Below are positions 25,341-38,910 of a DNA stretch of 64,000 bases, piece by piece. The stretch's first letter is position 1. Each line of letters begins with the position of its first letter. The stretch comes from Lingula anatina (Eukaryota > Animalia > Brachiopoda). Location of the stretch: positions 6,820,001-6,884,000 of the forward strand of contig CM120646.1 of assembly GCA_051362555.1 (NCBI GenBank). The letters run 5' to 3'. Made by a program: the position numbers and the translations under genes. The notes under the pieces are model-generated. The model was given only the letters and a program-made list of their open reading frames with translations. It was not told where the DNA came from and ran no database searches.

Positions 25341-26706
25341 TTAAATGAAAAAGGAATCCTTCCGCAGCACTATTTTTTTTTTATCTTTTTCAAAGGACGT
25401 GGTTTTTCAGGGTAAAAGTTGTAAGTGCGTGGTTAAGTTCACGTTCGTTTTTCTCTTTGTGCCAATGGACTTTGGAAATGTTTGTGGTATTAATTTTTAA
25501 CCGCTCACGTGATTAATTGTTCAATGTGCCTTTGGCAGTTTGCTGCAGTCAGGTAGAGGTTCACATTTTTATTTTGAGCGACCAACTTGTGTCACACCGC
25601 TTTCAGTATAAGGAAATAAACATATCCAAAATACAGTTAATATGACGATTAGAATGGGGTCAAAACCAAATATTAATCTATGGGTAATTCCCCCTGTGAA
25701 GAAAAAATGGGTTAATTTCCTCATAAAAGGAGCACGACAGCTTACTCGAGCGTTTCTTTTATACAGGGAGAGCAAAGCGACAAATAACAGAGGAAGCGCA
25801 CTTGACGTGTCAAAAGAGCGAGATATGTTTTTTTTATATAAAAATGAGGTATGTGGATCATAAAAGGATGTAGACCTTGTAAAAATACGTAAGCCTCAAG
25901 CTATATTTAATTTGATTCTAAGTCACGCGCGTGAAAGAACGTGCGCGTGCGCGCGCGTGCGTGTGCGTACATGCATACGTAAAAGTAAATAGAAACCAAT
26001 GCGTGTGAATAGCAAATTCTCATCAGTAACAGAAATACACCTTCAACGGATAATCGTCGTTTTATTTCAACCAAACAAAAAGCCCTTCCACAAGATGCAT
26101 TTAATATAACTTTTCAATGTCCTCATTAGAGAAGAACTATGGATTCCTCCATGGTGACAGACGCAGAAGAACCCGACATGCGAAAAAACTATGATGTGTT
26201 TTAAAAAAACCCACAGTCACATCCCCACAGTTAATAAAGGAGACAATTCCCTTACAAAGCAACTGTCATCGCCGTGTCACCAAGAAGGAAAGGGAGGGTC
26301 TGCCACCTGTGACATGAATGACGATGCCACATTTTGATTGACTTCAACAGAATAGGTTATGGACACGAGTAAAGTGAAGACTGGGTCCGGATTATTAAAA
26401 TGCTAATTTTGGGGCGCATGGCAGATTAATAGATTATAATATGAATTCACGCTATAGCAAATATGTGAAATATAATTGGGAATATTCTATTTGATTAAAC
26501 TCGGTGTTTGGTTTCTTTGCTGGTGCGGTACCACGTACATATAGACATAAAAAACAATTTGTTCTAATAAAAATTCACTCCCTCACAATTGAAAAATACA
26601 ATTGACATATAGGCTTATATGCTGTTCATAATTTCTCCCCTGACCAATTATAAAATTTTGTTTTAGAAATTAAAACTTATTTTTGCTTAAAACCGGAAAA
26701 TATGTC

Positions 26707-26769
<63 letters not shown>
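26707..26769. repeat. (TTA)n microsatellite
   Basis: Read directly from the sequence; explains the poly-Leu ORF 26702-26896. Confidence 0.95.
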
Positions 26770-26770
<1 letters not shown>

Positions 26771-27655
26771 CACCATCACAGGAAACAGAAGCCTAACCCA
26801 ATAATGCACATAAATTATTATGGACATTTATATTCTATAGCAATAGGAAGTCGGAAGCGAGTAAATGCAACAAATTTTGAAAAGGATCTGAAATGAATTA
26901 TGAGTCTAGTAACTTTGAAATTCTTCATACATTTACAGTATAGCTTGTGTTGTACACAATATCTTACTTCTTATATGTCCGTTCTGCATATGAAAACAAT
27001 GCAAATAAGGCCAAGCAAAATGACACGCCATTACAATGCATGACTGTCAATTGAATCTAGTAACAAAACGGTTATATGTTTATCATTTTTTAGCCTAGAA
27101 AGGGAGACACTAATGAAAACAATGCGCAGTGAATATAAACAAACATTCAAACATTCTCTCACGGCGATACTGTCATCACAGTTTGTAAATCGACCAACTG
27201 ATTATCGATAAATCCTAGGAATAATCAATATTTTCGAATCATAGTTATGTCCGTATCAAATTTTGTCTCCTTGAGTCATCTTTATGTTGTTAATGCAATA
27301 ATAATGGGAAAAATAATTGGAGACCGTTGTAAAGGTAAAAAACACGGCCTCCTTTTTCAGAAAGAACCAAAAATTTCATGTTCTTTTTGTTGTTATTAGA
27401 AAAAAAATCCCACATTAGTGGTCTTTAAAACACCTTAGCACCAACAAAATTAAAACTATTCAAACTTTAAATCATCATCTTTATCAAACGACTGTTAACA
27501 TGAAAAATATAAATGTACTATATACAAATAAGTAGAAAAAAGAAGAAGATAAGGCTGCAACCGCCTTTGACAATAATGACAAAATGAAAGAAACCCCGTT
27601 ATAAGCAAGAAAAGGCCCTGGTGATTACTCACGCGAACTGTGATTCGTTACCAAA

Positions 27656-27657
<2 letters not shown>

Positions 27658-27694
<37 letters not shown>
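27658..27694. repeat. (GT)n microsatellite
   Basis: Read directly from the sequence. Confidence 0.95.
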
Positions 27695-27696
<2 letters not shown>

Positions 27697-29807
27697 TGCG
27701 CGTGTGTGTGTTAAATGCAAGAGCCCGGTTAGAGAAGAATATGCCAATGTCGTCACTCAGACGTTGATATGTTTGCGCGTGCGTTTGCCCAAACTTATGT
27801 CCGCGCTAGTATCGTGCATGCGCGGATATCGCGTTTTTGTATGTTGTGATATCTTTATTTTATTTCTTAATTCATAAGTCGTTTCAAATAACCCCTTGGC
27901 GTTATGGTAATGGCATTATAAAATGATAACAAAGAAATATAAAAATATCTTAAGGGTAGAACGGGTTAAGCTCGATCATCTGAATGTTTATTTTCTTTTT
28001 TCTGCTTTTATTTGTTACATAACCCCGTAATGATAAAACGAGCTCCTTAAAGTAAACAGATTGATTAAAAACAAATTCTAATACATCTCCCCGTTCAATT
28101 ACTAACCATGCCAGTTAACCTCCCTGCATCAGATTCCTTTTGAGAACGCTTACCCTTGATTCGGTCGGTATTAAGAAAACATCCATCTTTCCGGGTTCTC
28201 TATTGTTTTGAACCCTTTCGATCCCCAATGGCCATTTATCTCTGGGAATTTCACCCATGAGACCACGACCTAATAATCTCTCGGAATCAAAGATGGTGAC
28301 ATATCAGAATGTGATTGCGCTATTTTTCCTTCTTAATTGCCCTCCGATGATTTGGTTCAATTGTTTTTCAGACGCATATTTATACGGGATATGACATTGG
28401 CCAAGTTAATCATCCGACCCGTTTTAAGTTAGGAGGTAAAGGTTGGTAATTAAATTGATTGATTCCAGTGCAGGGTTTTTCCGTCAATATTTTTAATTTG
28501 GATTTTCCGAGCACTTACCAGAATAACATGCAGTGTGATGTTTCTACAAGAATACCTTTAAGATTTCAAATAATGTTTATGGCATTTTTTTATTACTGTT
28601 CTGCTTTTATCTTTTCTGCTTCTCTGTAACATTGTATTTCCTTTCTCTTTTCACATGTTCTATTTTTTTCTCTGTTTCTCCGTAACAGCATAGAAAAGAA
28701 TATGTCCTATCTCTTAATTTTTCATTCTGTACAGTCAATGTTACGAAGAATAACTTTTATGACAGCTTCTTTAATATTGAGCTAACAAATAAACTTATCA
28801 TGCAGGATTCTCTTTTCGAAACACTACTAAAAACTTTATGGAGGAAGAGACAGATATAAATTTACAGACATATTAGAACACCATATAGTGTCATCTTATG
28901 TCAGTATCTTCATAAAACAGAGGCTATTGATAGCTCTGTTTCGATGTCGAAAAAAACCGCGTATAATATCAAAACCGTTAATCTATCATTGCCAAACATG
29001 TAAATGACTGACAGAAACGCCATGACAAATTAGTGAAGATAACGACTAACATTTTCGTCCTGTGTTCTCTGATCGGATCTCTGCGGCGATGCGTTATCAC
29101 AGTGAAAACTTAAGTTGGCCTTAAAAGCGTCGGGATAGAAGCAACGTCATAAAGAAGACGTCTTAATTAAGTCAGCTCGGACTCGAGGGTGAAGTTCCCT
29201 ATAAAACAAGGTTTCATGGTGTGCGGATTCCGCCTATCTAGACTTCTCTTCGGGTCTTTATAAATCAAACGATAAAGTGATCTACGCGACTTGGGCTTTT
29301 CGTCTGCCAGAGGAAACCGATCAAAGAAACATAAAATCAATCATTCAATTCCCACTCGTGTGGTACTTTTGCAAGGCGAGGAGGGGAGGGGGGGGGGGGC
29401 GAAATTTACCGAGAATTGACCAGTAGTGTCGAGCTTGACCCTATTATTATATATACAATGTACATGTATATATTGTTAAATAGAACAATTGTGAAATAAC
29501 TAAAACACAAAAGAGTATTTAAGGTAAATAAGAATGATCAGTAACTACAATGAATGGGTTGCCAAAACCTCTAAAATCATTTTGTTGTTGTTATTGTTTT
29601 CCAATTATGATTAGAATTGTTCTACATGTAGTTGTTGCTCCGGTAGAAAAGGACCAAGTTGACATCACATATACCAAAAATGTCATAATTAGTACTATGA
29701 TGGCTGTCACTATTTTTATAACATTTCATATCTTCATATATCAATTTTATAAAGTTAAAAAGAAACATAGGATAAAGATTGATACCATCCCATTATACAA
29801 AACATTG

Positions 29808-29808
<1 letters not shown>

Positions 29809-29863
<55 letters not shown>
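29809..29863. repeat. (AAT)n microsatellite
   Basis: Read directly from the sequence. Confidence 0.95.
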
Positions 29864-29865
<2 letters not shown>

Positions 29866-31386
29866 CTAGAGGTGAGAATGGAAAACAGAGCCATTTGCAA
29901 GATGAAGAATACCATTACAAAGCTATTGCTTATACATGGTATTAGTTTAACAGAGAAGTGGGAGACCAAACATTCAAATAAATCAAGAACTTAACTGATA
30001 AGATACTTTGTAAAAATTCTGGTGGAGCAATACCGGCTCGGCTCACAAAAATGTGTGTTCATTTCAACTTGGCACATTCCAGTAGGACTTAATATGGACG
30101 CACCGGATTGACCATATTCTACAATAGATAAACTAGAAAGCCGGGGTCTGAGAGCGACATTAACTTTCGTCCAGAGTCACGAAATCATGAGCGTAGATCT
30201 AACCCATCGTCCCGGAGAGAGCAGTAGCTTTGAACTCTAACCAACGAAACAAACGGCAACGTTGAACCATTACACAAATTACCCGATCAAAAGACAAGAA
30301 GTATCGCCATTTTACCCTCCGAACGACCCTCATAGAATTCGACAGATAATAAGATCGGATATTTTCAACAAGTATTCTGGGAATTTGAATGATCTATAGT
30401 CTTTTTGGCTTGAGTGCGTTACTTTGAGTTTGAATCCCATGGCGATATTTTCTCTAGTGAATTTCGTAAATCTTCCTATCATTATGTTATGATATTTGAA
30501 GTGTATTAGTCCATTTCCAACTTTCAGTTATAGTAGCTGAAATTGATTTATGTTGCACTTCTTTTCTTCCAAATTTTAATAACACAAACAAACTCGGGAT
30601 CATTAACTTCCTAGACGTATAAAAGTTTCTATATTAGATAAACAACGGGAAGTATCAATAAGATTCTATAACGCAAATGACTACACGCTGGCGACTAGAT
30701 GTGCGACGTCGAGTAATTACATCATTTCGGGTCTCCATATATTGCCAAAATGAGCTTCATTCTACAACGTAGCTGCCTTAATAGCGCAAAGCTACAAACA
30801 CTCTCTCGAATTTTAACTGCTTTTCTCATCTACCGCAAAAGAAAGCTTTCATTTAAAGGAAGTCCTCCACATTGTCACATAAATTTCCGAGCTACTGTTT
30901 TCCCCCAGTAACTGTGAAATAATATATCATTCTTTCTTAGAGAGGGGCACCTGTGTATTATACACACACTAGGGTTGACACATCTGTTTTATTATCATAA
31001 AAAGAATTTAATTAACTTATTTTACGACTTTGGACTTCTTCGTCTTTATTATGCAATTCGGTTCATAGTCGTCAATCGGACTGGAAATGAAAATTGGACT
31101 GGAATATAGGCAGAGGCATAGGGGATGATTCTTTTCTATACAGGGTATTAGATATTCGACGTCATCTGGACATTGTTTGAACGCAGTCTATGAGAAATGT
31201 ATAATCAACACATTGCAGACTCCAGTATTGAAAAATTGATTTGCCTTATGCCTAATTGTACACTGGTATATATTTTAGAAATACGTGCATGTGAAGATTC
31301 CAAAAAGGTTACTTCTTAATTCAGATGACATTTGTATTACAAAATATTACGATCTTGTCTTTTTTAATTGCGGAGAAATTTCTAAA

Positions 31387-31439
31387 TCTCTCTCTCTCTC
31401 TCCCTCTCTCTCCCTCTCTCTCTCTCGTTCATATAATAT

Positions 31440-31474
<35 letters not shown>

Positions 31475-31475
31475 T
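31387..31475. repeat. (CT)n followed by (TATT)n microsatellites
   Basis: Read directly from the sequence. Confidence 0.9.
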
Positions 31476-34400
31476 ATTAATATTTTTTACCTGGATACAA
31501 ATAAAAGGCATGTGTTAGCTAGACTGTGAAGTCAACCAGTGCGTTACCAAGTTCTGGGTGGCGGTCATTGATGATTGAACAAAAAACTCTATTTTCAAAC
31601 CCCATTTGCATTGTTTTGAATTCCTTTGAAATCTACCTCGTGTTTGTCCTTCTTGGTCTTTCGAGTACAAGCTCGTTCACACAACAAAATGAGAACGGGT
31701 TCTCATTCTCATTCTTGTTCCTTCTGACGTTACTAATCGCGTGTAGTAAACAGACGGTCGTCAGCCCAGCAGAAGGACACATATTATGACAGGGTGAAGC
31801 TGCGACCAGTTTTATGATTGCTTGATGCGTCATCCTAGCGAAAGTGTTAATGGAATGGTTTAAAACCCGTTCTGTTTTGATGTGTAAACTGACTATATTA
31901 CAGCATATAATGTTGTTATGGAGTGAAACTTTGCGGTTTAACGATTACATTTACATACGTAATCTGGGGTTAGTTTTACTGCGACCTGCGGACTTATTTT
32001 GTGTTCAGTCAAATATATGAGAGACCCCAGAATAAAAAAGTTTTAATGTGAAAACCATTTAGACATGTTCATTATTTTGAACTTAAACTGTTATGAAGTT
32101 TTAAACTTTTTCTGACATCGCGCCCTTACGTCTTTGTTGTGGGTAATTTTAAGTGCTTTTCTGGCAAAAGTACATGGAATTGATTGTTCGAGATCAATGT
32201 GTGAGGCTTGCTCTTGAACTCTTAAAAGAGAAAATCTATTAACCATGTGTATGGATTTTTTTCATGTAGATAACGTCGTTATAGAAAAAAGTGTTTCTCA
32301 TAATTTCATTTAAAACACTTGAATTTATTTGAAAGAGCAGTAGTACCTTTCAACTGCAGCGGTGACATACAAAAAACACATTTTAGATTGCTTTTATTTT
32401 TATTTCCAGAGAGTCTTGCAAAAAGAGAAACAGAATTTTATTATGACCACATTCTCATCGAGAACAACTAAATTAAAATATATATGAAACTAGTTTATTT
32501 ATGATATTTTTCAATGGTTCTTTTGCAACACTAATTACTCACAGTCAAACATGTAGAATGTTAGCAACAGTGATATGCTGTGTACTTATTGTAAAGTGTA
32601 CAAATGGTTTCTTACTGCTCTTATGTTACCTTTTTATACGTCGAAATTATAACATGAAAAAGGACACTTAAAAAAAGCAAAAACAAAAACAAAACTAGTC
32701 ACGGATGTATATAGGAAAGAGCACCAATTTAAGAAAATGAAGATAAAGAGACGAAAAAAACAGTTGATAGTTCGTCCAGTTTTAATGGCCATTTCAAAAA
32801 ACCTATATAGATAATTCTATCACAAGACCATTTAGTTATTTATGTAGAGCGCAGCTGTATCTAAGAAAGAGCACCAAGTTACAAAGTTGGAGAAACATAA
32901 AAAATAGAAAAACATTCTGATACAGAATTTCACGCTTTAAGCTGCCACCACCTTAGCGTCACTGTGTAAAGCCCTCGATGTTATTATTGTTTTTCTCCAA
33001 AATCCTTCGTTTGATATTTGTTTCAGACTTATGATTTATAAAAATCATATTAATAAATAAAGATATTTTACGGAAAGTATACGTGTTTTTCCCTGTGGTT
33101 AGTCGACCTTCTAACAACCAACGATCACACTATCATTACACAATAAAGAGAGTGAAAAACCCATTTACATGTTATCATATTTTTGTTCGATATTTATAAT
33201 TACGGTACATATGAAAGGGAGACTAAAAGAATTATTCTACGTAAAGAAGCCTTTCTTCAAGTTACTCCCTAATTGTGTGACGCGTTTGCTTTTCTAAAAA
33301 TATATATATTCCCATAGCCACTTCAGGGATTTTGCTGTAAGGTCTATTTATATATAAAAAAGAAAAGTAAAAGAAGTAGAAGAGAAACTTAACCTCCATG
33401 ATAAGTGCAAGCACACTCATATTAAATAAATTACTCACGCCTGTCGCCTTTACGCAACATACACTACAGTATAATATGTTTACTTTTTTTCTCCGTCTCT
33501 TTAGTGTTTCTCATGCCGAGTACATGGTTGTTTGCCCCCCTAATAGCGTTACCAGACGCAAGGTGCCGACTTAGTGGTAAAATAGTTTGCCGGGGCCAAG
33601 TACTAGTCTCATTAAGGCTGTGTTTTATGTTGGCAAAGTTTGTGTACATATCTCATAATATGTTTTTTGTGTGCGGAGGTATGTCTACAGTGCACGCTCG
33701 TTCCTATATATAATCTTTTTGGACGCCTATTTAGTATGATGGTTCCAAACGAACCTGTGCTTTATAACTCTAACCCTTTACCTGGGTTTATTTTCGGTTG
33801 TTTTGACATAATACACATGTAGCTGTGTTTAATTTGATACACAAACATTATTTGCTGGACGATAACAATTGAAAGTAACGGTATGAATACAAAAGCAAGG
33901 AGACTGTGAATGTTGGTCTACGATACGCACACGCGTATAATAACAGATTCCTTTGCACGCAAACGCACGCTTTTAAATTTATACGAATTCTATATTATAA
34001 AAAAAATAAACATTAAACAAATTAAGCAAAATGAATTTAATTTTAGAAACCCATTTAAATGTTTTAGGCGGACTTATGTCTCTTTTCACAATTCATATTC
34101 TACCATGTGCGCGAAACTTGAAAATTGCCATTTGTTTACCAGGCGCTGCATTCGCTGTTTTACTTCAAAGCGGAAGAATTTCATTAACAAAAGAAAAAAA
34201 GTGGAATAAAAGGGGAAAAATCACTTTAGGTCTACGTGTTGAAATTTGTCAATACCATTTAAGATTCTGCATTGTTTGTGTTTGTCCAGGCGCGTTGCTT
34301 GGATAGCTTACTTAAAAGAGCATAGCGTCTCTAATGGAATGTAATTTTTTTAGTCCTTGAGCACTTGTTCTACACTGTTGTTGTTCATTTATCATTTATT

Positions 34401-35098
34401 TATTCATTGCCTTTTTATTGGTTATTTCACTTTTGGTTATTCATTAAATAAGCCTGTCATCTGTGTTTGAGAACTGGGCATAGTCAAATTGTAATAGTTC
34501 TTTCTCCATCCAATATGCTGTATTTCAATACCAAAAATCAAAACTTAAGCTTATAGTGCTGTTTTGCTTCCCGTTACCTTTCTTTTAATGCCAAGTGTGA
34601 GATTTAGTTAGATAAACAACTTTTATATAAGTGAAGAGAAATCATTCATGCGTGCAAGTGCGTGCGTTTTCATGTGCTACATGAAATTGGGAATTGGGTT
34701 CCGTGTTTTTTGCCTCTTCAGTGGTGAATCATATTGGTTGTTTTTCTCTTTCTCCATTTGTTTAATTGTTTATTTATCAACCTCTTCGTTTATTATGGCG
34801 TAATCTCATGTAAAATATTTGATCAATTTATCACACTCCACTATATAAGCCACATACAATATATATTAACTTATCAAGCAAATAAGAAAAAATCCTTTCG
34901 TGTAAGAATGTTCAGTACAGGTCTAATAGGACAAACACAATGCATATAAATAAATAAGCGGACCTGATCCACTGCATGAACAGGAATTTTTTTCGTTCTT
35001 TATTTTCTGTGATATTCCCAAGCAAATGTTCCGAACCTCCCTATGCATACTTTTGGCGTCGTTTGTCATTTGGGGAGCTAACATATGGGGCTCCCTGA

Positions 35099-35478
35099 GA
35101 CTAAATGGGTATAATATTTCCTTGTAATATCTTGTAAGTTTTTGCCACAAATCAAACGAAACATTCGATCGCCATCCTTCTTCTTGAATATGCGTTCTTT
35201 TTTTCCAAAAACCATGGAAACTTGACTAAATGGGTATAATAATTCCCTGTAACATCTTGTAAGTTTTTCTCACAAATCAAACAAAACATTCGAGCTCCAT
35301 ACTTTTTGTTGAGTGTACGTGCTCTTTTTCAAAAAACCATAGAAACTTGACTAAATGGGTATAATAATGCCTTGTTATATCTTGTAAGCTTTTGTCACTA
35401 ATCAAATTAATTATTTGATGGCCATAAGCCTTGCTAATTATGTGTATTTGTATTTTATTTTTCAAAACCATGGAAACT
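35099..35478. repeat. Diverged tandem repeat, ~3 copies of a 125-bp unit
   Basis: GACTAAATGGGTATAAT...ATCTTGTAAG...AATCAAA...AAAACCAT(G/A)GAAACT recurs at 35099, 35224 and 35349 (period 125). Confidence 0.85.
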
Positions 35479-38400
35479 CGGAGCGGGTGTGGATTTCTAA
35501 CGAGGTTAAGCATTCGTCCCTTTAAAAAATTATCAGTTAGTCTGTCGACAGAAAATAAGGAAAGATGTAACCGCCTGCTTTGCTTTATATTTATCTAAAT
35601 AATCCTTAGCCTCAAATGTTGACACTTACGATTTTTGCAGATTATATGTTATGTAAATCTCTTTCTATTGATTTCTTTTTTTTACTTTAATCGTTCAGCA
35701 CACCCTTCCAGTTTGCATTCCAAAATCCACAGAAGATAATATGTATCGCTGGCATCTATCTCAAAATAAAAGAAAACAACGGCTTCGTCATTCCAACGTC
35801 GCAGAGATATCACTTCTCTGATCTTTTCTCTGATACGGCAATGCATTTTTTATTTGAATTAAAAAGTAATCTGCCGTTGTTGTTAGTTTAGAGATAAGTC
35901 CCATTCAACCATTTTTTCAATTACACAAGTCAGGGCGACTTGAAAGGGACGACTTTGTTAAGCCAGGATAATTTAATTTCGGGTAAAATAAAACAACTGG
36001 CGAGCTATCTAAACCTACTCCATCTAATGACGGTTATAAATCAAAGTTTATTTCAAAATGGGCCCAAAGCACTCGGTGCACGGCTAATGTGAAAGAAGAA
36101 GGTAAGAGCGTTTTAGGCTCAGGTCTCTCTCTTAATAACTTCCGGACGGTGTCGGCGGAGTAAATCACGGTTACGAAGCTCTTGAAGTGACGCGTAGATG
36201 AGGCTTTACGGGCAGGACCCCCTAAGTGACTGCATTTACCGGAAAAAAGCTCATTCTTTGGACCCGATAACGGCCTTGAATCCACGTTCATGGTGTGCAA
36301 ATCAGCGACGCGAAATGGAACAATGCACAACGTTGTGATTGTTGTTACGCTGTGCCAAAGTTAAAGTTGATGGCCACCAGTTAATCGAACGATTGAAAAT
36401 CATTGCAAATCATTTGCCCTTCTTGTAATTAGCCCTTTATGGAACGTATGCCTTGATGTTAATGATGTTACGTTGATTTAATGAAAGCTAATGCTTTTAT
36501 TGTATCAACCAAAATGTACTTTTGGTAAGAAATGCGGCTTTGAAATTAACGAGGGTCGATTTTGATTATTTTGTGGATCAAAGGGCCTAAATCCCCTTGT
36601 CATTTTCAGAAGTTATTCCAACTGTATTATCAAAGGTAGGTTGTCTCTTGAAAAATCATAAAGGATCCATTTTTTCTGAAAGTTATTGCTAATCCATTTG
36701 TCTCTTATCCACAGTAAAAACATGTTTAACACAGAATTTTCGGGACCGCGAAAATTTGGCAACAGGGGAAAATTTCAAATCGGTTCTAAATTCGGACACC
36801 GTTGTAAACTTTCGGTGGATAACTCGCTCTAATGACTTCATATGTTCGTCGTCAAAAATTAACATTGCCCCAAGGCGCAAGTACAACAACTTTTTAACAA
36901 TAATGCCAGTGCTGATACCAGATGTACGAGTAGGAAAAAGAGAAAAACGATATAACGAGACATATCCCAAGGAGTTGTACGAGAGCATACAACTTGTATT
37001 TTTACAAAGAAGGCAAAATTGAAAAGAAACATATCTCAGTGTAAAGCCCGTTCATAATGATAGAATGCTATGATAAAAACATAACAGTCCAGCAAAAGCA
37101 GTGCTTTACTATCTAAACCCTATGAGACACAAGTAAGCGACACTCCAAGTCTTGTGCTCAAACTGCTGCAGGAAAATGGTCCTGACCAACTATCATTTTT
37201 TCTTTTTTTGCATTTTGTGGTCTAGCCGCCCTTAAAATTTTGCACCCAGAGCCAAGGGGAGGACAAATGCGAAGTGCAACACATGTTACTGCAAACTCTC
37301 TTCTTAATTGTCCACTTAGTTGCAGAACAATTGAACTTGGACCACACGCTGTGTGTTTAAAAAAAAAGTAGACACACACAATACAACAACCTAAAATAAT
37401 CTATTTTGACTAACTGCTGTTTGGAAATTAATCCAATTAACGATGTCCGATCACCTCTCGAGTTTTATCATTATTATCATTAATATGTTATTATTATTTT
37501 CATTATTATTGTTGTTGTTGTGTTATTATTATTGTCGTTGTTTAAGAATCGAGTACACGTCTTCGCAAAATATGTAAGCCCGTGTCGCCTTACTTAAAGA
37601 AATTGTCTTAAAACCTCTAATTGATGCTATTTAATTTGCTTTATCTTTTCATCTGGTATCCATTCTGCTTCTGAGCCAAATTTTTTGTAAATGAAAGTAA
37701 AAGGAAAGTTGGCTCTTTTTATGACACTATTAAAGCCATTTTAAACCCTCAATTCTATTTGAAGAGGCACGGACGGAGTGTTGGTTTGCGTCGCTCGCGT
37801 GCCGCACACGCGGAGAGAGAGGAAAAAGAGGAGATTGACAAGACGTTAATGGGGGCGATTAAGCCATCATTACCAGCCATCAAACCGCGATAGAGGTAAT
37901 GAAGAAATGATCCAGTCTCTCATGAATTTCCCCTCAAAAAGATATCAAAGCATTCCGCGGAGGGATTGAAAGCCACCCTGTCTTTAGAACGAGCAACTTG
38001 TAGGAGCGAATTCTTTTCTGGAAGAATAAATAACTAGGATCTGCATAACGTCATAGTGTTGATTTGCATTTGCTGTAGACTTAACAAATTGGATATATAC
38101 GAATTCCTCAAAGTTTAACTGTCAATATCACGCAGATACATAATATAATGTATTTCAGTTTCACTTGATGTTGGTATAAAGATGTTGGTATAAAAAGATA
38201 GGTAACCTTTAAAGTATTTAGCCTAACAACATGTGCCCGTTTTATATCAAATATCACTGTATTTGTGACGTATAACGTATAGAATAATTAAAATACGATT
38301 ACTTAAAATGTCTAATATTAGATTATGTACATATTTCCAGGTATCACAAACATTTTACCTTGCTATAGACATTCTTTCTTCCGCCCCTAACAGAATAAAG

Positions 38401-38834
38401 GAAGACGATTTCCTCTAACAAAAAACACACTATAATGACGTAGATTTACTTTGAATCCTAAACATTATTCCAATTAATGTCATTATATTTACTTTTTCCC
38501 TTTTAATTCAGATATTTGACCAATCTATGTCATCATGCCCAGTTTAGATTAGATCTCAGTTTTCATTATTCATTGTATTAATGCCATGAACAGATTTTTA
38601 AAATACTGTGTTCCCTATTTTGTAAGCAAGACAACCTTGAAATGATAGATACTAATAATCATAGGATCATCATATTTGATTGTCGTATGATATATGCTAA
38701 TTTTGCCTCCTTTTGATTTTTAAAGCCATTTGCTTGGTTTCAAGACAATATGCCGTAATTTTCACTCTTTCTTTTAATGAGTTATAATCTTTTTTATTGT
38801 AACACTGCTCTATTCGCTATTCTAATTATCTGTC

Positions 38835-38836
<2 letters not shown>

Positions 38837-38886
<50 letters not shown>

Positions 38887-38910
38887 AATATTATTATTAT
38901 TATTATTATT
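38837..38910. repeat. (TTA)n microsatellite
   Basis: Read directly from the sequence. Confidence 0.95.

Noticed and set aside
35099-35478. Regularly spaced repeat considered as a CRISPR array
   Set aside because: Eukaryotic context, whole units are homologous with no unique spacers, and no cas genes.
36404-36418. 15-bp exact inverted copy of the Lox4 promoter motif GGCAAATGATTTGCA
   Set aside because: 15-bp matches between arbitrary positions are expected by chance in 64 kb of AT-rich DNA.
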